From Eledone cirrhosa (taxonomy: Eukaryota), in assembly GCA_964016885.1 (NCBI GenBank), contig OZ024740.1, positions 217,186,001-217,250,000 on the forward strand: 64,000 bases of DNA, written 5' to 3'. This document shows, piece after piece, positions 1-12,659 of the stretch. The notes below the pieces were generated by a model. The model saw nothing but the letters and a program-made list of their open reading frames with translations. It was not told the origin of the DNA and searched no databases. How positions within the stretch are numbered: the stretch's first letter is position 1; each line of letters begins with the position of its first letter. The translations under genes and the position numbers were made by a program.

Positions 1-159
1 TTAATATCACAGTTCATAGCAATGTGGTACTAAGTTACTCTATATCACTTGTTAATCCACCCCTAATAAATGTTGGGGCAGACTAACATCTTATTCACAG
101 GGAATCTTATACATTGAAGTACTTCATACCACATGAAGCTGTGATAAGTATTGGCCTGT

Positions 160-425
160 TCATCATCATCATCGTCAGGTTTAATGTCTTCTTTATTTGT
201 CACAAGCATTGAATGTTTTGATAGTCTCTTTCAAAGCATCTATCAAGAGTGTTTGTTCCAAGGATAGGTTTTGGTCCAGATTCCAGGCCTTCAGGTCATC
301 CTTGGTTAACTCTTCCCAGGTCTTACGGGAGTGTTCTCCTTCCTCATCTATCAGGAGCCACAATCTTTGTACATTGATGTATCCACCCACCACTATGGTT
401 TACATGTCTAAACCAACGCAGTCTG
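160..425 (-). mobile_element. RTE-clade LINE 3' end fragment
   Basis: Minus-strand translation ...RKTWEELTKDDLKAWNL resembles the C-terminus of the other RTE copies in the window; (GAT)n-type tail near 160-175. Confidence 0.6.
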
Positions 426-739
426 CGTGATCTTAATGCAGAGTTGGGTGCTGGTATCTTTAATTTTAGTTCTACCTCTAGAATCAAGAAAGGGTTTAAC
501 TTTGAAATAAATGTGGAAATATTATCAAGATGTTTTTTTCCAGGCAAGTTTTTGATTAGAGAAATATAAAAACAAAATTGTAATTTTGTTGGAATTATTT
601 CTTCTAAGTCTCTTGTAGTAAATGAAACAGGTTGTGGCACTATAACTAGCTCAATGTTGTCCATTGGACCTTTGTTTAGACAATGATTGTTCCAGTTGGA
701 GCACTTGTTGGTGAAATTAATATGGCTGAGCCTTCCACA

Positions 740-935
740 CATGTTTAATTTTAATGTAGTTCTCAGGGAGATTCAGCAGGACACAGTGTATGACAAAGCT
801 GGCTCTTTGAATTACAGGTGCAAGTGGACTGAAACAATGTGAAGTGAAGTATCTTGCTCTAGAATACAACACATCACTGGGAATCAAACTTTACCCTAAC
901 TATTATAAACTTAATGTCCAAACCATTAAGCCACA
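740..935 (-). mobile_element. tRNA-derived CORE-type SINE
   Basis: Shares GTGGACTGGAACAATGTGAAATAAAGTGTCTTGCTCAAGG-like core with copies at ~3835-3955, 8880-9100, 17880-18070, 54490-54700, 56580-56720 and 57260-57515. Confidence 0.6.
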
Positions 936-974
936 CACCCTTTATTACTAGCTCTAATAGCCTGCTAATATAAT

Positions 975-1157
975 TGTTTCTACTTTTGGCACAATGCCAG
1001 CAATTACCCAGTGTATTACTGGTACTTTATTTTATCGACCTCGTAAGGATGAAAGGCAAAGTTAACCTCGGCGGGATTTGAACTCAGTCCGTAAAGAGAC
1101 GTAACTGTGCTGCAAAGCATGGCGTCCGACCCTCCACTGATACTGCCAACCCACCGC
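975..1157 (-). mobile_element. tRNA-derived SINE with Meta-type core (MetaSINE-like)
   Basis: Reverse complement has A box, B box GAGTTCAAATC and GCCTTTCATCCTTACGAGGTCGATAAAATAAAGTACC core; target-site duplication CCTGCTAATATAAT at 961-974 and 1158-1171. Confidence 0.85.
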
Positions 1158-1578
1158 CCTGCTAATATAATGATACATAGCCTGCTAATATAATGATACA
1201 TTGTTCAGTGTGTTGCTACAGAGTAAATTATTTTGAAATTACATTTTATAAATTCAAAAACTTAGATGTGTTAAACTGTCCGAAAAATTGATAACTTGGT
1301 ACAAATGTCTGGGAAAAATTAAAAATAAATGAATATAGTAGCGAAATAATTAATTAAATTATGAATATTAGATATAAAGTTAGGTCATAATGGGATAATT
1401 TCTTTCTTCTACATGTGAATGAGTGTGTGGGTGTTGGATGACAGTGAAAATATAGGCTGGCAGAATATTAATGTAACACTAAAAAAAAACACATTCAGAT
1501 TGAAATGCCTTCTTGAAAAGCTTCAATTGAAATCTTTAATATCAAAATATTTCATATAAAAAAAATCTAACAAGTGTG

Positions 1579-1652
<74 letters not shown>

Positions 1653-1654
1653 TG

Positions 1655-1700
<46 letters not shown>

Positions 1701-2085
1701 CTAATATTTTAAATTAACAACTATATGTACATTGACATCTTCTAATGTTTCAACACTACACAGGTAGGTATGAGTCAAACCTTTTTTTACATGTAAATTT
1801 AAAGAATTAAAATATATATGTCAATCTGCTGACCACCCAGTGAGTTATGTAAGAAATATTCCACATTGAAAAATATTTTAGTGTTTGGGTTCAGTTTAAA
1901 ATGTGCCATATCTTTTGATATAAAATGCTTAGTGAAACTCAAAACTTATTAAAAGAAGGAACACATTTCATAAAGTATTTTGAGTATTCTAATTCATGCA
2001 TTTCAGTATTCTATTTAGTATCTTGTAATACACAGAATCATATAAGATCCCCATCTCAGCTGGGAATATTCAGAAAAAAATAAAA

Positions 2086-2418
2086 TAGTATAGTTAATAC
2101 AAAGCATTATGAGATATGTAATACATGGCTGATAAGTTTATATTAGTATAGTTAATTAGGAAGTATTGTGAGATGTGTAATAAATGCCTAAGTTTATATT
2201 AGTATAGTTAATTAGGAAGTATTGTGAGATGTGTAATATATGACTAAGTTTATATTAGTATAGTTAATACAAAGTATTGTGAGATGTGTAATACATGACT
2301 AAGTTTATATTAGTATAGTTAATACAAAGTATTGTGAGATGTGTAATACATGACTAAGTTTATATTAGTATAGTTAACAGGAAGTATTGTGAGATGTGTA
2401 ATAAACGACTGATAAGTT
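2086..2418. repeat. ~55-56 bp minisatellite, ~6 copies
   Basis: Unit AAGTTTATATTAGTATAGTTAATACAAAGTATTGTGAGATGTGTAATACATGACT repeated in tandem. Confidence 0.9.
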
Positions 2419-3489
2419 TCAGAAAGCCAATACAATGCATAAAGAGTAAAGGATGACAAATAAAACAAAACAAAGTAATGTTTTTTTACCCAGTGTTGGT
2501 TAAAAAAAACATTACTTTGTTTTGTTTTATTTGACATCCTTTGACCTTTATATATTTCTACCACATTGTACCGGCTTTCTGTATCACTCAGAAAAAAATG
2601 TTTTGTGTAATTACAGGTAAGCATCTAATATTATTAAGCCATATAGCCCAACTTTGCATACAATTTCCTGATAGTATTTTTGGAGCCATTTTATTATTTT
2701 AAAAAGTGGGTCTTATATGCCATCAAATGTAATAATTTAAAACTTTCTTCCTGTCTGATTTAACAGACCTCACACCTCCTAATGATAAATGAAATATTAT
2801 ACAAATTTTATTAACATAGACTATTTCATTACAACTTCAACTAGAAACCAGTAAGAAACAACTAAACATGTAGGAGCCATTTAAGAACCCATAAAATATG
2901 TGTTCTTGACTCAAGTCATTGCAAGGAAAAATGCTATTAGATTATAACCAAGTAGTGATGAAATATTCGCAATTCCTTGGCATAGATAACTTACTATGTG
3001 GAGAGATAAATCTGCTCTTGATGTATCAACTTTTTCATTAATATATTTCTAATGAATTATATCATTTTGAAAATAATAAAGAATTTGGAAAGATTTAGTA
3101 ATTTTTCATATTACTAAGTTGGTGTTTGAAATATAACAAAAGTTCTTACTATTAAGATGTAAGGAAGATGTTTAGATAAATATACACACCTTAAATAAAC
3201 AGCTTTGTATTGTAGAACCAAGAGCCAAGAGTGTGTATAAGCAGTTTGGTATCAAAATATTAAAGATAAATATATCGAATATATTTAGCAATGAGAAAGC
3301 AGTTAGTAGAAAATAGAATTCAATAAAATTCTAGATTTGCATAATTCTTTTATATATTAATATTGTGGGTATAAACAGGATTAGGAACTGGCTGTAGAGT
3401 AAGATAAATTATTTAGCAATGGTCAGGCATTCATAATTGTTTATATGTAGTAATCAGGGAATGTGTGTCTGTGTGTGTGTATTTGTGTG

Positions 3490-3585
<96 letters not shown>

Positions 3586-3950
3586 AACAGTGATGATGAT
3601 GACACACACATATGTATGTGTGTATATATATATATCATCATTTTATCATTTCATTTTACGTCCACTTTTCCCTGCTTGCAAGGGTGGGATGGGAACTGAT
3701 TCTGGCTTGATTTCTACAGCTGGATGCCCTTCCTAACACCAACCTCATTTACAGTGAGTGCTGGGTGCTTTTTTGCCGTGGCACCTCCACAACCACTTTA
3801 CAGTGGAATGATAGGGATCCCAGTCCCTATCATCTCATTTCTACAGCTGAGTAAACTGGAGCAATGTGAAATAAAGTGTCTTGCTCAAGGAAACAACACA
3901 TCACCCGGTCTGAGAATTGAACTCACAACCTTTCGATTGCAAACCACTAA

Positions 3951-4028
<78 letters not shown>

Positions 4029-4149
4029 GGAGGTGAGTTTTATTGTAGTACAATAAAGCAATGCAGATATCGGATGAGAAGCACTCTACAGTTTGTGGGA
4101 CTGGAGTATGCATAATATAAGATCAAAAGATGGTTAAAGGAGTTCCATA

Positions 4150-4220
4150 TATTTTATTATGCGCATTTCAAAAACAAACATCATCAAGCAATAATATTTG
4201 CGTTTTCATCAGATAAAACA
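4150..4220 (-). ncRNA. Type I hammerhead ribozyme motif (mirror arm)
   Basis: Exact reverse complement of 4392-4462. Confidence 0.8.
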
Positions 4221-4391
4221 GGAGAACATGATATGAAGGCTAAAAAAAACACTTGTTGATAGTGCAGTTTTAAATCAACATATGAAAAGTGGTTTTAGAT
4301 ATCACACATCAATCTAAAACCACTTTTCATATGTTGATTTAAAACTGCATTATCAACAAGTGTTTTTTTTAGCCTTCATATCATGTTCTCC

Positions 4392-4462
4392 TGTTTTATC
4401 TGATGAAAACGCAAATATTATTGCTTGATGATGTTTGTTTTTGAAATGCGCATAATAAAATA
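4392..4462 (+). ncRNA. Type I hammerhead ribozyme motif
   Basis: Stem I TGTTTTAT/ATAAAATA; core CTGATGA (4400-4406); long stem II; GAAA (4443-4446); palindromic stem III TGCGCA; UH = TA (4453-4454). Confidence 0.8.
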
Positions 4463-4492
4463 TATGGAACTCCTTTAACCATCTTTTGATCT

Positions 4493-4529
<37 letters not shown>

Positions 4530-5039
4530 ATTGCCATTTTAATGTCCACTTTCCATATATATATATATTTATATACACATACACACCAGTGTCTCATGTA
4601 TCTGTATATGCTTGAGCAAGTATATTTGTGGTGGGCTATGAAATTTACCTTTTATCGATGTAATGCTAAAAATCCTTGTGATAAACATTTACTCCATGAT
4701 TTACACAGAGAAACACTCTGTTTGAGTTGGTAGAGGGGATAAATATTCCACCATGGACAGGATTTTAATCTATTTTCTCAATATGTTAAAACTCTACCAG
4801 ATAGGCTGTTACTTGGCAAACTGCATCACTTCTCTCATATCCACACACACACACACACACATTTATTCATGCTAGCATGGAAAAGTGTTAAAATGATGGT
4901 GATCCTCTCTTGCCCATTTGTTCATATACTATATCATTGTTATTGAAATGTGACCATGACCGTGACATTTATTGAGCTGTGTCCACTATCTTGACCCTGT
5001 ATTTAAGCTGTGGCCGTGGTCTTGTCATTGAACTGTGTC

Positions 5040-5302
5040 CTTATTTGGCCCCATCTGACTATCATTATGAAAAAACACTTAGCTGGGAACCAGTATCGCA
5101 GTGATGATGATGTCATATCTGCTGTTGGTGACCTTTTTGACCAATAGGATGAAAGCCTCTTCATCAATGGGATCCAAGCACTCAACACCGATGAAAGAAT
5201 TGTGTGCACTCCAAGGGGACTATTTTGTAAAAACCAACCCCATTTCGTCAACATTCCATTAGAGTATCTTGGTCAGCCTATGAAATTTTCAGCCAACCCT
5301 CA
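5040..5302 (+). mobile_element. Mariner transposase C-terminal remnant plus right terminal inverted repeat
   Basis: Translation LAGNQYRSDDDVISAVGDLFDQ*DESLFINGIQAL resembles the mariner C-terminus; its end CTTGGTCAGCCTATGAAATTTTCAGCC is mirrored at ~5555-5640. Confidence 0.7.
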
Positions 5303-5667
5303 ACCCTAATATGTACTGAACTGTGTCCACCACTAATATTGGACTGACACTGTACTGACTTGACACTGTCACTCAACTGTGTCCACCACCTTTACCATTA
5401 ACCCTCACTGTCTTTGTGCAGCTAACTCTAACAAGGAATTATGGGGAGGTAAAGAAGTAGGGGCACTATTTCATTGTTGTGTGTTTTCAGCTAAGTCTTT
5501 CAAACTGAGATATGAATTGGAGAGAGAAAGACTTATTATGCTGACCACATTAAATATGAGAATCGGCTGAAAGGTTCAAAGGCTGACCAAGATACTCTCA
5601 TGGAATGACCAAATGAGGTTTATTTTTCAACATAGACCCTAGAAAGAAACAGTTGCTGCAATGGAGT

Positions 5668-6112
5668 TACTTCTCAGAAGACCTTCTACTGTCCAGCTCT
5701 CCTGACAGTTTCTTCTCACAAGACCTTCTGATGTCCACCTCTCCTGACAGTTTCTTCTCTGAAGGCCTTCTGCTGTCCAGCTCTCCTGACAATTTCTTCT
5801 CTGAAGACCTTCTGATGCCCAGCTCTCCCGACAGTTTCTTCTCTGACGACCTTCTACTGTCCAGCTCTCCTGAGAGTTTCTTCTCTGAAGACCTGTCTAG
5901 CTCTCCTGAGAGTTTCTTCTCAGAAGACCTCCAGTTGTCCAGCTCTCCTGAGAGTTTCTTCACAGAAGACCTTCTGTCCAGCTCTCCTAGAAGACCTCCA
6001 GCTGTCCAGCTCTCCTGACAGTTTCTTCTCAGAAGACCTTCTGCTGTCCAACTCTCCTGACAGTTTCTTCTCAGAAAACTTTCTGCTGTCCAGCTCTTCT
6101 GACAGTTTCTTA
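5668..6112. repeat. ~42-bp minisatellite, ~10-11 copies
   Basis: Unit CTCTCCTGACAGTTTCTTCTCAGAAGACCTTCTGCTGTCCAG in tandem, with length variants. Confidence 0.9.
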
Positions 6113-6189
6113 CCACACTATTTCAACTTACTGAAAGAAAATAACAGAACTAATTATTAAAATTGAAACAAAATTAAACCAGGTATAAC

Positions 6190-6285
6190 AAACACACACA
6201 CACATGCACATACATACATACATACATACACAAATATATACATTTATATATGTGTACATGTGTGTATATATATATATATGTGTAT

Positions 6286-6326
<41 letters not shown>

Positions 6327-6433
6327 CATATGTATATATATATGTGTATATAAAAATATGTATATATATATATATGTATATATATATATGTATATATATG
6401 TGTATGTATATATATATTTATATATATACATAC

Positions 6434-6464
<31 letters not shown>

Positions 6465-6740
6465 TACATACATATATGTATGTTTGTATATATATGTATA
6501 TATATATGTATATATATATATGTATGTATATATATATGTATGTATAGATATGTATGTATAGATATGTATGTATATATATGTATGTATGTATGTATGTATA
6601 GATATGTATGTATATATATGTATGTACATATATATGTATGTGTGTATATATATATATGTGTGTGTGTGTATATATATGTATATATATATATAAATGTATG
6701 TATATATATGTATGTATATATGTATGTATATATATATATG

Positions 6741-6772
<32 letters not shown>

Positions 6773-6903
6773 TATATATGTATGTATATATATGTATATA
6801 TGTATATATATGTATGTATATATATATAAGTATGCATGTATGTATATATATATATATGTGTGTGTGTGTGTATGTGTATATATATATATATATATATAAT
6901 ACA

Positions 6904-6936
<33 letters not shown>
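6190..6936. repeat. Long compound (TA)/(TATG)/(TG) microsatellite
   Basis: Directly visible; source of many spurious Y/I/H/T-rich ORFs. Confidence 0.95.
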
Positions 6937-6959
6937 GAAATCGTGTGTTGAAACAAATG

Positions 6960-7080
6960 TTGTTATATTTGGGGAGGGTCATATTGTTATAATATTGCCA
7001 GAAATAATAATAAAACTGAGTCTGTTTTATTATTATTTCTGGCAATATTATAACAATATGACCCTCCCCAAATATAACAA
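6960..7080. repeat. Perfect 57-bp inverted repeat with 7-nt loop
   Basis: 6960-7016 is the reverse complement of 7024-7080. Confidence 0.9.
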
Positions 7081-7310
7081 TATATATATATATATATATT
7101 TATATTTCTGTGTATATGAGTATAAATGTTTGGTTGTGTATAAAAGTATATAATTAGACATAAGTATACAGCAGCATATAAGTATACAACTATATAGATA
7201 TATTTATACATAATTTATACACAACTTTTCATGTATGTATATCAATTGTTTATTGTTTGTATAGTTAACATTTAAATTTCATGCCTCCAAATTTATTTTT
7301 TTATCTTCAG

Positions 7311-7386
7311 AAACCTGTCCATGAAGAGTTCCAATCTTAGTCAGGATCCTTCATTATTTGGTGATAATTTGAATGCCAGTCTAAGA
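7311..7386 (+). CDS. Internal coding exon of a Ser-rich nuclear-type protein (NLSMKSSNLSQDPSLFGDNLNASLR)
   Basis: Polypyrimidine-CAG acceptor and GTAAGT donor; ends in phase 0, matching the exon at 13519. Confidence 0.65.
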
Positions 7387-7569
7387 GTAAGTTTTATCAT
7401 TGAACACTTAATGATTGACAATTTGGTTATTTGATTTATTTGTGAAATGATTGTTTATATTGATCCCATTCTTTGTACTTCATATTCTTAAAATTCACAA
7501 AGTTGTCTATCGTTATTGAAAACTTGGTTACATGGTAAATTGATGAAGCATTGTATTTTATTTCTAAAA

Positions 7570-7600
7570 ACTAGCAGAAATACCTGGCATTGCCTGGGCT
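7570..7600 (-). mobile_element. Helitron 3' terminus
   Basis: Reverse complement CCCAGGCAATGCCAGG hairpin followed by CTAG-T; same motif as at 18590 and 58796. Confidence 0.55.
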
Positions 7601-9439
7601 AAGGATTCTGATTTTGTCGTGTTGGTGATATGACAAAAAGCACCCAGCCCACACTGTAAAGTGGTTGTGTTGGTATCATTGCAAAAAGCACCCAGCACAC
7701 ACTGTGAATGTGGTTTCTGTTCGGAAAGGCATCCTGCCATAGAAACCAAGTCAGAATCAGTTTTGTATGAACAAGACACAATCACTTGATCTCATTTGTC
7801 TTAAAATGGGATAATTCATCTAACCCATGCTAGCATGGAAAAATGGATGTTAAACAATAATAATGGATTGAATGTTGTTGTGAATTAATGTCATAAAGTA
7901 ATTCATATAGTAAAGCGTCTTGATAAACTATGCTTTGTGATTTGTCTATATAAACTTACTAATTACGTATAATTCTCAGAAGTAATGAAACGTTTATCAC
8001 TTGGATGGAGAAAAAAATGCGATAATGTAACATGCATAATATATAATAATCTATGCTATTCCACTTCAGTAATTAGTGCTTTTTCTTTAGCTATGTTACA
8101 GAACATAGACAGAAACAAGAGAAAGTGTAAGCACATACATACACACACATGTGCAAGGGAAGAAGTAGTTGGGAATGGTTCACTTTGGAAAGATTTCATA
8201 GGAGATTATAATAATGTGAATGAATAAACATAAAAAGGACTAAAATGGGAGGAAATGACTGTTTGGGAGGTTGGCTTATATATGCCATCTAAACAATATG
8301 TTGATTAGCTGCCTCAGTTTATAAACTGGGTTGGGTTTTTGCCTATTTCTCAGACATAAAATGGGGAGGGGGGGTCTTATATTCGGATCGGCTTATATTC
8401 AAGTATATATGGTACTTTGTGTGGTTTTCTAATAATTTTAGAGATAGTCAAGAATTTGGGGGGATTTAGTAAAATAATGAACTTCGGCATAATTAAGCTG
8501 CTGTTTGGAGCGCAACTTAAAGGTTCTTAACATAAAATTATGATGGAAGGTTTTTAGATAAATACAAACACTTTAAAATAATCAACTTAGTAGCATAGAA
8601 TCAATAACAGTTTCAGGTAGATTGGTATCAAAAGTGTTTCAAAACATATTACAGTTAACATGGGAAGAATATTATTTAGGTTAATACTAGGATGTGGAAT
8701 TACTCAAGGAATGATGTTTGGCTATGACTAAATTATCTTCTCTTACATAATATTTGGCACCTTATGATTTTGTGAAAAATTTAAAAGAACTAGAATGTAG
8801 GTGTAGTTTAAGTGTTACAGTTGTAGGAACAAAAGATCAACCTCCTTGTAGAATTAGCATGTAAGAGGCTGAGTATTCCACAGGCAGGCACACTCTTAAC
8901 ATAGTTATCATGTAGAGTCAACATAATATAGTGACAAGGCTGACCCTTTGAATTTCAGATACAACTGATTTATGCCCACTGAGTGGACTGGAACAATGTG
9001 AAATAAAGTGTCTTGTTCAAGGATACAGCCCTTTATTGAGAATCGAACTGATGGCTATATGATCATGAGCTGAACAACTGAACATTAAGTCATGCACTTT
9101 TACCACTAGATTATAGGGACCGATATACAGTAGCTCAGAATTAGATAACTAGGGATTTATTTCTATGTAACACATCTAATTTAAAAACTGCAGAATGTGT
9201 TTGTCATATTGATGAGAAAAGGTCTAATGATGAATGTGGCTAAGAGGTAACATATAGTTAACTCTTAGTAACCAAGAAACTGTAAGAGACAGTATTTAAC
9301 ACTTAATAACTAAGAAACTGTAATTTAGCAGTAGCATGCAGTTGATAGCTAAGAGGCAAAATATAAAATTATCTCTAGTAATAGTTTGTCTTAACTTGAT
9401 ACAAGAAACTATATACAACTGCTATTAATTAAAGGAATG

Positions 9440-9615
9440 GCGGTGGATTGGCAGTATCAGTAGAGGTTTGGACGCCATGCTTTGACGCATAGAGTTACAG
9501 CCCTTGCCATTCTGAGTTCAAATCCAGCTGAGGTTAACTTTGCCTTTCATCCTTACGGGGTCGATAAAATCAAGTACCAGTAATGCACTGGGTGATTGCT
9601 GGCTTTGTGCCAGCA
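9440..9615 (+). mobile_element. MetaSINE-like SINE, near full length
   Basis: A and B boxes plus Meta-type core; 16-bp TSD ATTAATTAAAGGAATG at 9424-9439 and 9616-9631. Confidence 0.9.
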
Positions 9616-10419
9616 ATTAATTAAAGGAATGATAGGAATGAGACCCTTATCATTAAAGCACCAAAGAAACCTCCTACAAGATCCAGCTTCATAGGAGGCT
9701 GGCAAAACTTATGCAGGTGTAAGTTGTAACAACAACCATCACAACAATCAATTAAATAAATTGACCACTCTATACATTCTGATTTTCAATTAAGAATAAA
9801 TTTACCAGATATACTCAAATATAAGCCAAGAAATATATGACAAAATAAAAAATTGATGGTAAAATGGGGGAGGTCTAAGATGGGGTAATTAGATAATGAG
9901 GGGGAGGGGAAGTATTAAGTTGGGGGGGGGGAGCTATATTGGGTCACATGTTATATATGTGTATATTTATATATATCATCATCTTTTAATGTCCATTTTC
10001 CACACTAGCATGAGTAGGACGAGTTGACCCTTTGGGAGAGAATCAGGCCAGAGGACCGTGTTTTGCTCACTGGGGGGGGGGGGGGGGCTGATTTGGGCTT
10101 GACTTCTACAGCTGGATGCCCTTCCTAATGCCAACCACATTTACAGTGTGTACTGGGTGCTTTTTGTCATGTCACCTACACGCCCACATTGCAGTGTTGA
10201 CTGGGCACTTTTTGTCATGTCGCCGACACAACCACTTTACAGTGTGGACTGGGCGCTTTTCTCTTGACAAATGGGGGGCCACTACATGGTGTGGAATGGG
10301 AAATAGGGAGGAAGCTTGAGGAAATTGCGGACATAGGTAATAGGGGAGGAATGGTTACTGCAAATGGAGGTGTGTGGGAGGGGAGAAGGTAGAGGAATCT
10401 GTTGCCTATTAAATATATG

Positions 10420-11676
10420 CCTCAGCTCAAGCATATGGAAGGACAGGTCTTCTGTAGTACTGCATATCGCCATAGGCTGCAGTCCTGTGTCATTGCCTTG
10501 GTGAGATGTAATTTTGCAAGGTCAGCTTTTATTACCTCATTCCAAGTCTTCCTAGGCCTGCCCACTCCACGGCTACCATCAACTTTGAGCGCTCTGCACC
10601 TTTTTATACAGCTGTCATCCTCCATATGCATCAAATGTCCATACCAATGCAATCTCCTCTCCTGCATGCAACAACTGATCTCTCTTATGCCTGATTTCTC
10701 ATACAGTACATTTATACTTAGCCATTCATGTATATTACCATTGCACATCCAGTGAAGCATGGAGGCTTCATTTCTTTCCAATCTTCACAGTGTCCAAGTC
10801 TCAGTGCTGTGTAACATTGTTGTTTTTATACATGTATCATTCAGTCTGCCTTTCATTTTGAGGGAAAAACCTTTTGTAGTTAGTAATGGTAGTAACTGCC
10901 TGAACTTTCTCCAACCCGATCTTGCTCTGGTTACTGTGCTTTCATAACACCCTCCCCTACTACTGATTTGGTCACCCAGGTAACAGAAACTATCTACTAC
11001 TTCTACAGAGCCCTCTGGTCATTTAAAGGTGATTGTATGCTGAGGGTACTTGTTACTTAATGCCCCTATGCCCCAGCCACAAGTAAAACCTACATTCTTT
11101 GTTAGCCTGCCTGAGATCCCACTATATCTCTTGTGTACCCATTGCTTGCATTTGAGACATAGAATGGAATTTCTCCCTGCTCCTTTTCTGCACACTGAGC
11201 AGGGCCATTTCCCAGAGGAGATCTGGGCCCTGTTTTCTCTTTTACTTACTAGGGCTTTAGTCTTTGCTAGGTTGACTTTAAGACCTTTAGATTCTAGGCC
11301 GTGCTTCCAGGTTTGGAATTTCATCTTTAACTCAGCTATAGATTCAGATATAAGGGTTAGATTATCAGCATACAGAAGTTCTCATGGGTAGCCAGTCTTA
11401 AACTCCTCCGTTATTGCCTGCAGAACAATAATAAACAGGAGAGGGCTAAGAACAGAGCCCTGATGGACACCAACCTGCACGCTAAATTCTTCGCAATGGT
11501 CATTGTTAATTCTGATCTTGCTGACTGTTCATCTATACATGGCTTGAACTGCCCTCACAAGCCATTCGTCAACTCCTAGTTTTATAAGAGCCCACCAGAT
11601 AATGGAACGGGGGACTCTGTTAAAAGCTTTCTCTAAGTCGACAAAAGCCAAGTAGAGGGGTTTACTCTTAGCTAGG
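10420..11676 (-). mobile_element. RTE-clade LINE, 5'-truncated and degenerate
   Basis: RT motifs FVDLEKAF, QGSVLSPLLF, LLYADNL; C-terminal RRLHWYGH...GRPRKTW. Confidence 0.9.
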
Positions 11677-11924
11677 TATATATATATATATTTTTTTTTT
11701 CACTTCAACTTTACTATAAATGAAAAATGTTATTACATTAATCTGCATATCTAGGATTGTAGTGAATATTGTGAAAATATAACCAAAGTTGGGGACTGGT
11801 TGTAATATACAAAATTATATACAGATTTTAGATATTATTGAAAGGTGACTCTTACAAGATTAGTTCTGTGAAGAAATCACCAGATATCTTTCTGACGATT
11901 TCTTCACTGGATGCATCAGAAGTA

Positions 11925-12120
11925 TCATATATACTCGAATATAAGTCTATCCCACTATTTTATGCCTAGGAACAAAATAAAACAAACTTTATTCATGTAG
12001 AATTTGAAGTTGGTGAAAATCGTCAAAATATTGATCCTGAATATAAACCGATCCCCTTCTATCATCGATTTTTTTTTAATTTTGTCACATATTCCTTTGC
12101 TTATATTCGAGTATATACAG
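11925..12120. mobile_element. Tc1/mariner (Tc2-like) MITE
   Basis: TIRs ..TATATACTCGAATATAAG and CTTATATTCGAGTATATACAG with TA flanks; related ends at ~8390-8412 and ~9805-9825. Confidence 0.75.
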
Positions 12121-12423
12121 TAGTTTAACACTTTCAATTGTTACCAATTATCTCTTTCAGCCCAGTGTTGAGCACAGCCAGAGACTCAAAGCTGGTTGGA
12201 TAAACCTTTTATGGGTTTCTTGTTTTATTCCATGACATACGTGTGCAATCATTTAAAATACAAACCAAGGAAATGTTAAATGAGGAATGTTAGATGGGAG
12301 TGTAGGTGTGAAAATGTTATGCTTTATGATGAGAATTATATTATTTGACAAAAGCTTTACAAACAAACTTAAAACAAAAAAAGAAAATAGTAAGAAAATA
12401 TTGAAAATAATATTTTGACTTAA

Positions 12424-12645
12424 TGTGGTGAATTAGCAGAATTGGTTGAGTGTCAGACAACATGCTTTGTGGCATATAGTTATGGCCCTTTACATTCTGT
12501 GTTCAAATTCTGCTGAGGTTAGCTTTGCCCTTCATCCTAACAGACTCAATGTAATAAAGTACCAGTAATGCACTGGTTTCGATTTAATCGGCTTTCTCTT
12601 CCCAAAAATATTTTTGACTTGTGTCTAAATAAGAAACTATTATTA
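12424..12645 (+). mobile_element. Diverged MetaSINE-like SINE
   Basis: GTTCAAATTC B box, CTTTGCCCTTCATCCT core and AATAAAGTACCAGTAATGCACTGG. Confidence 0.75.
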
Positions 12646-12659
12646 TCATTATTAACGAA

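Larger units (their letters stand above)
4026..4500. mobile_element. Fold-back non-autonomous element (Penelope-like pLTR or retrozyme-like) in a (TA)n tract
   Basis: 189-bp inverted arms 4112-4300 and 4312-4500 with an 11-nt loop; homologous copy at 24870-25300; hammerhead motif in each arm. Confidence 0.8.

Noticed and set aside
344-742. 132-aa minus-strand ORF
   Set aside because: No recognisable motif; spans LINE and SINE fragments
2086-2418. Regularly spaced repeats resembling a CRISPR array (also 56900-57250)
   Set aside because: Contiguous tandem units without unique spacers, no cas genes, eukaryotic context
6128-7045. Long Y/I/H/T/C/V-rich ORFs (also near 3437, 16278 and 40700)
   Set aside because: Translations of (TA)/(TG)/(CA) microsatellites, which lack stop codons; not genes
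9440-9530. tRNA-like A and B boxes (also in the other SINE copies)
   Set aside because: No cloverleaf; these are SINE heads, not tRNA genes
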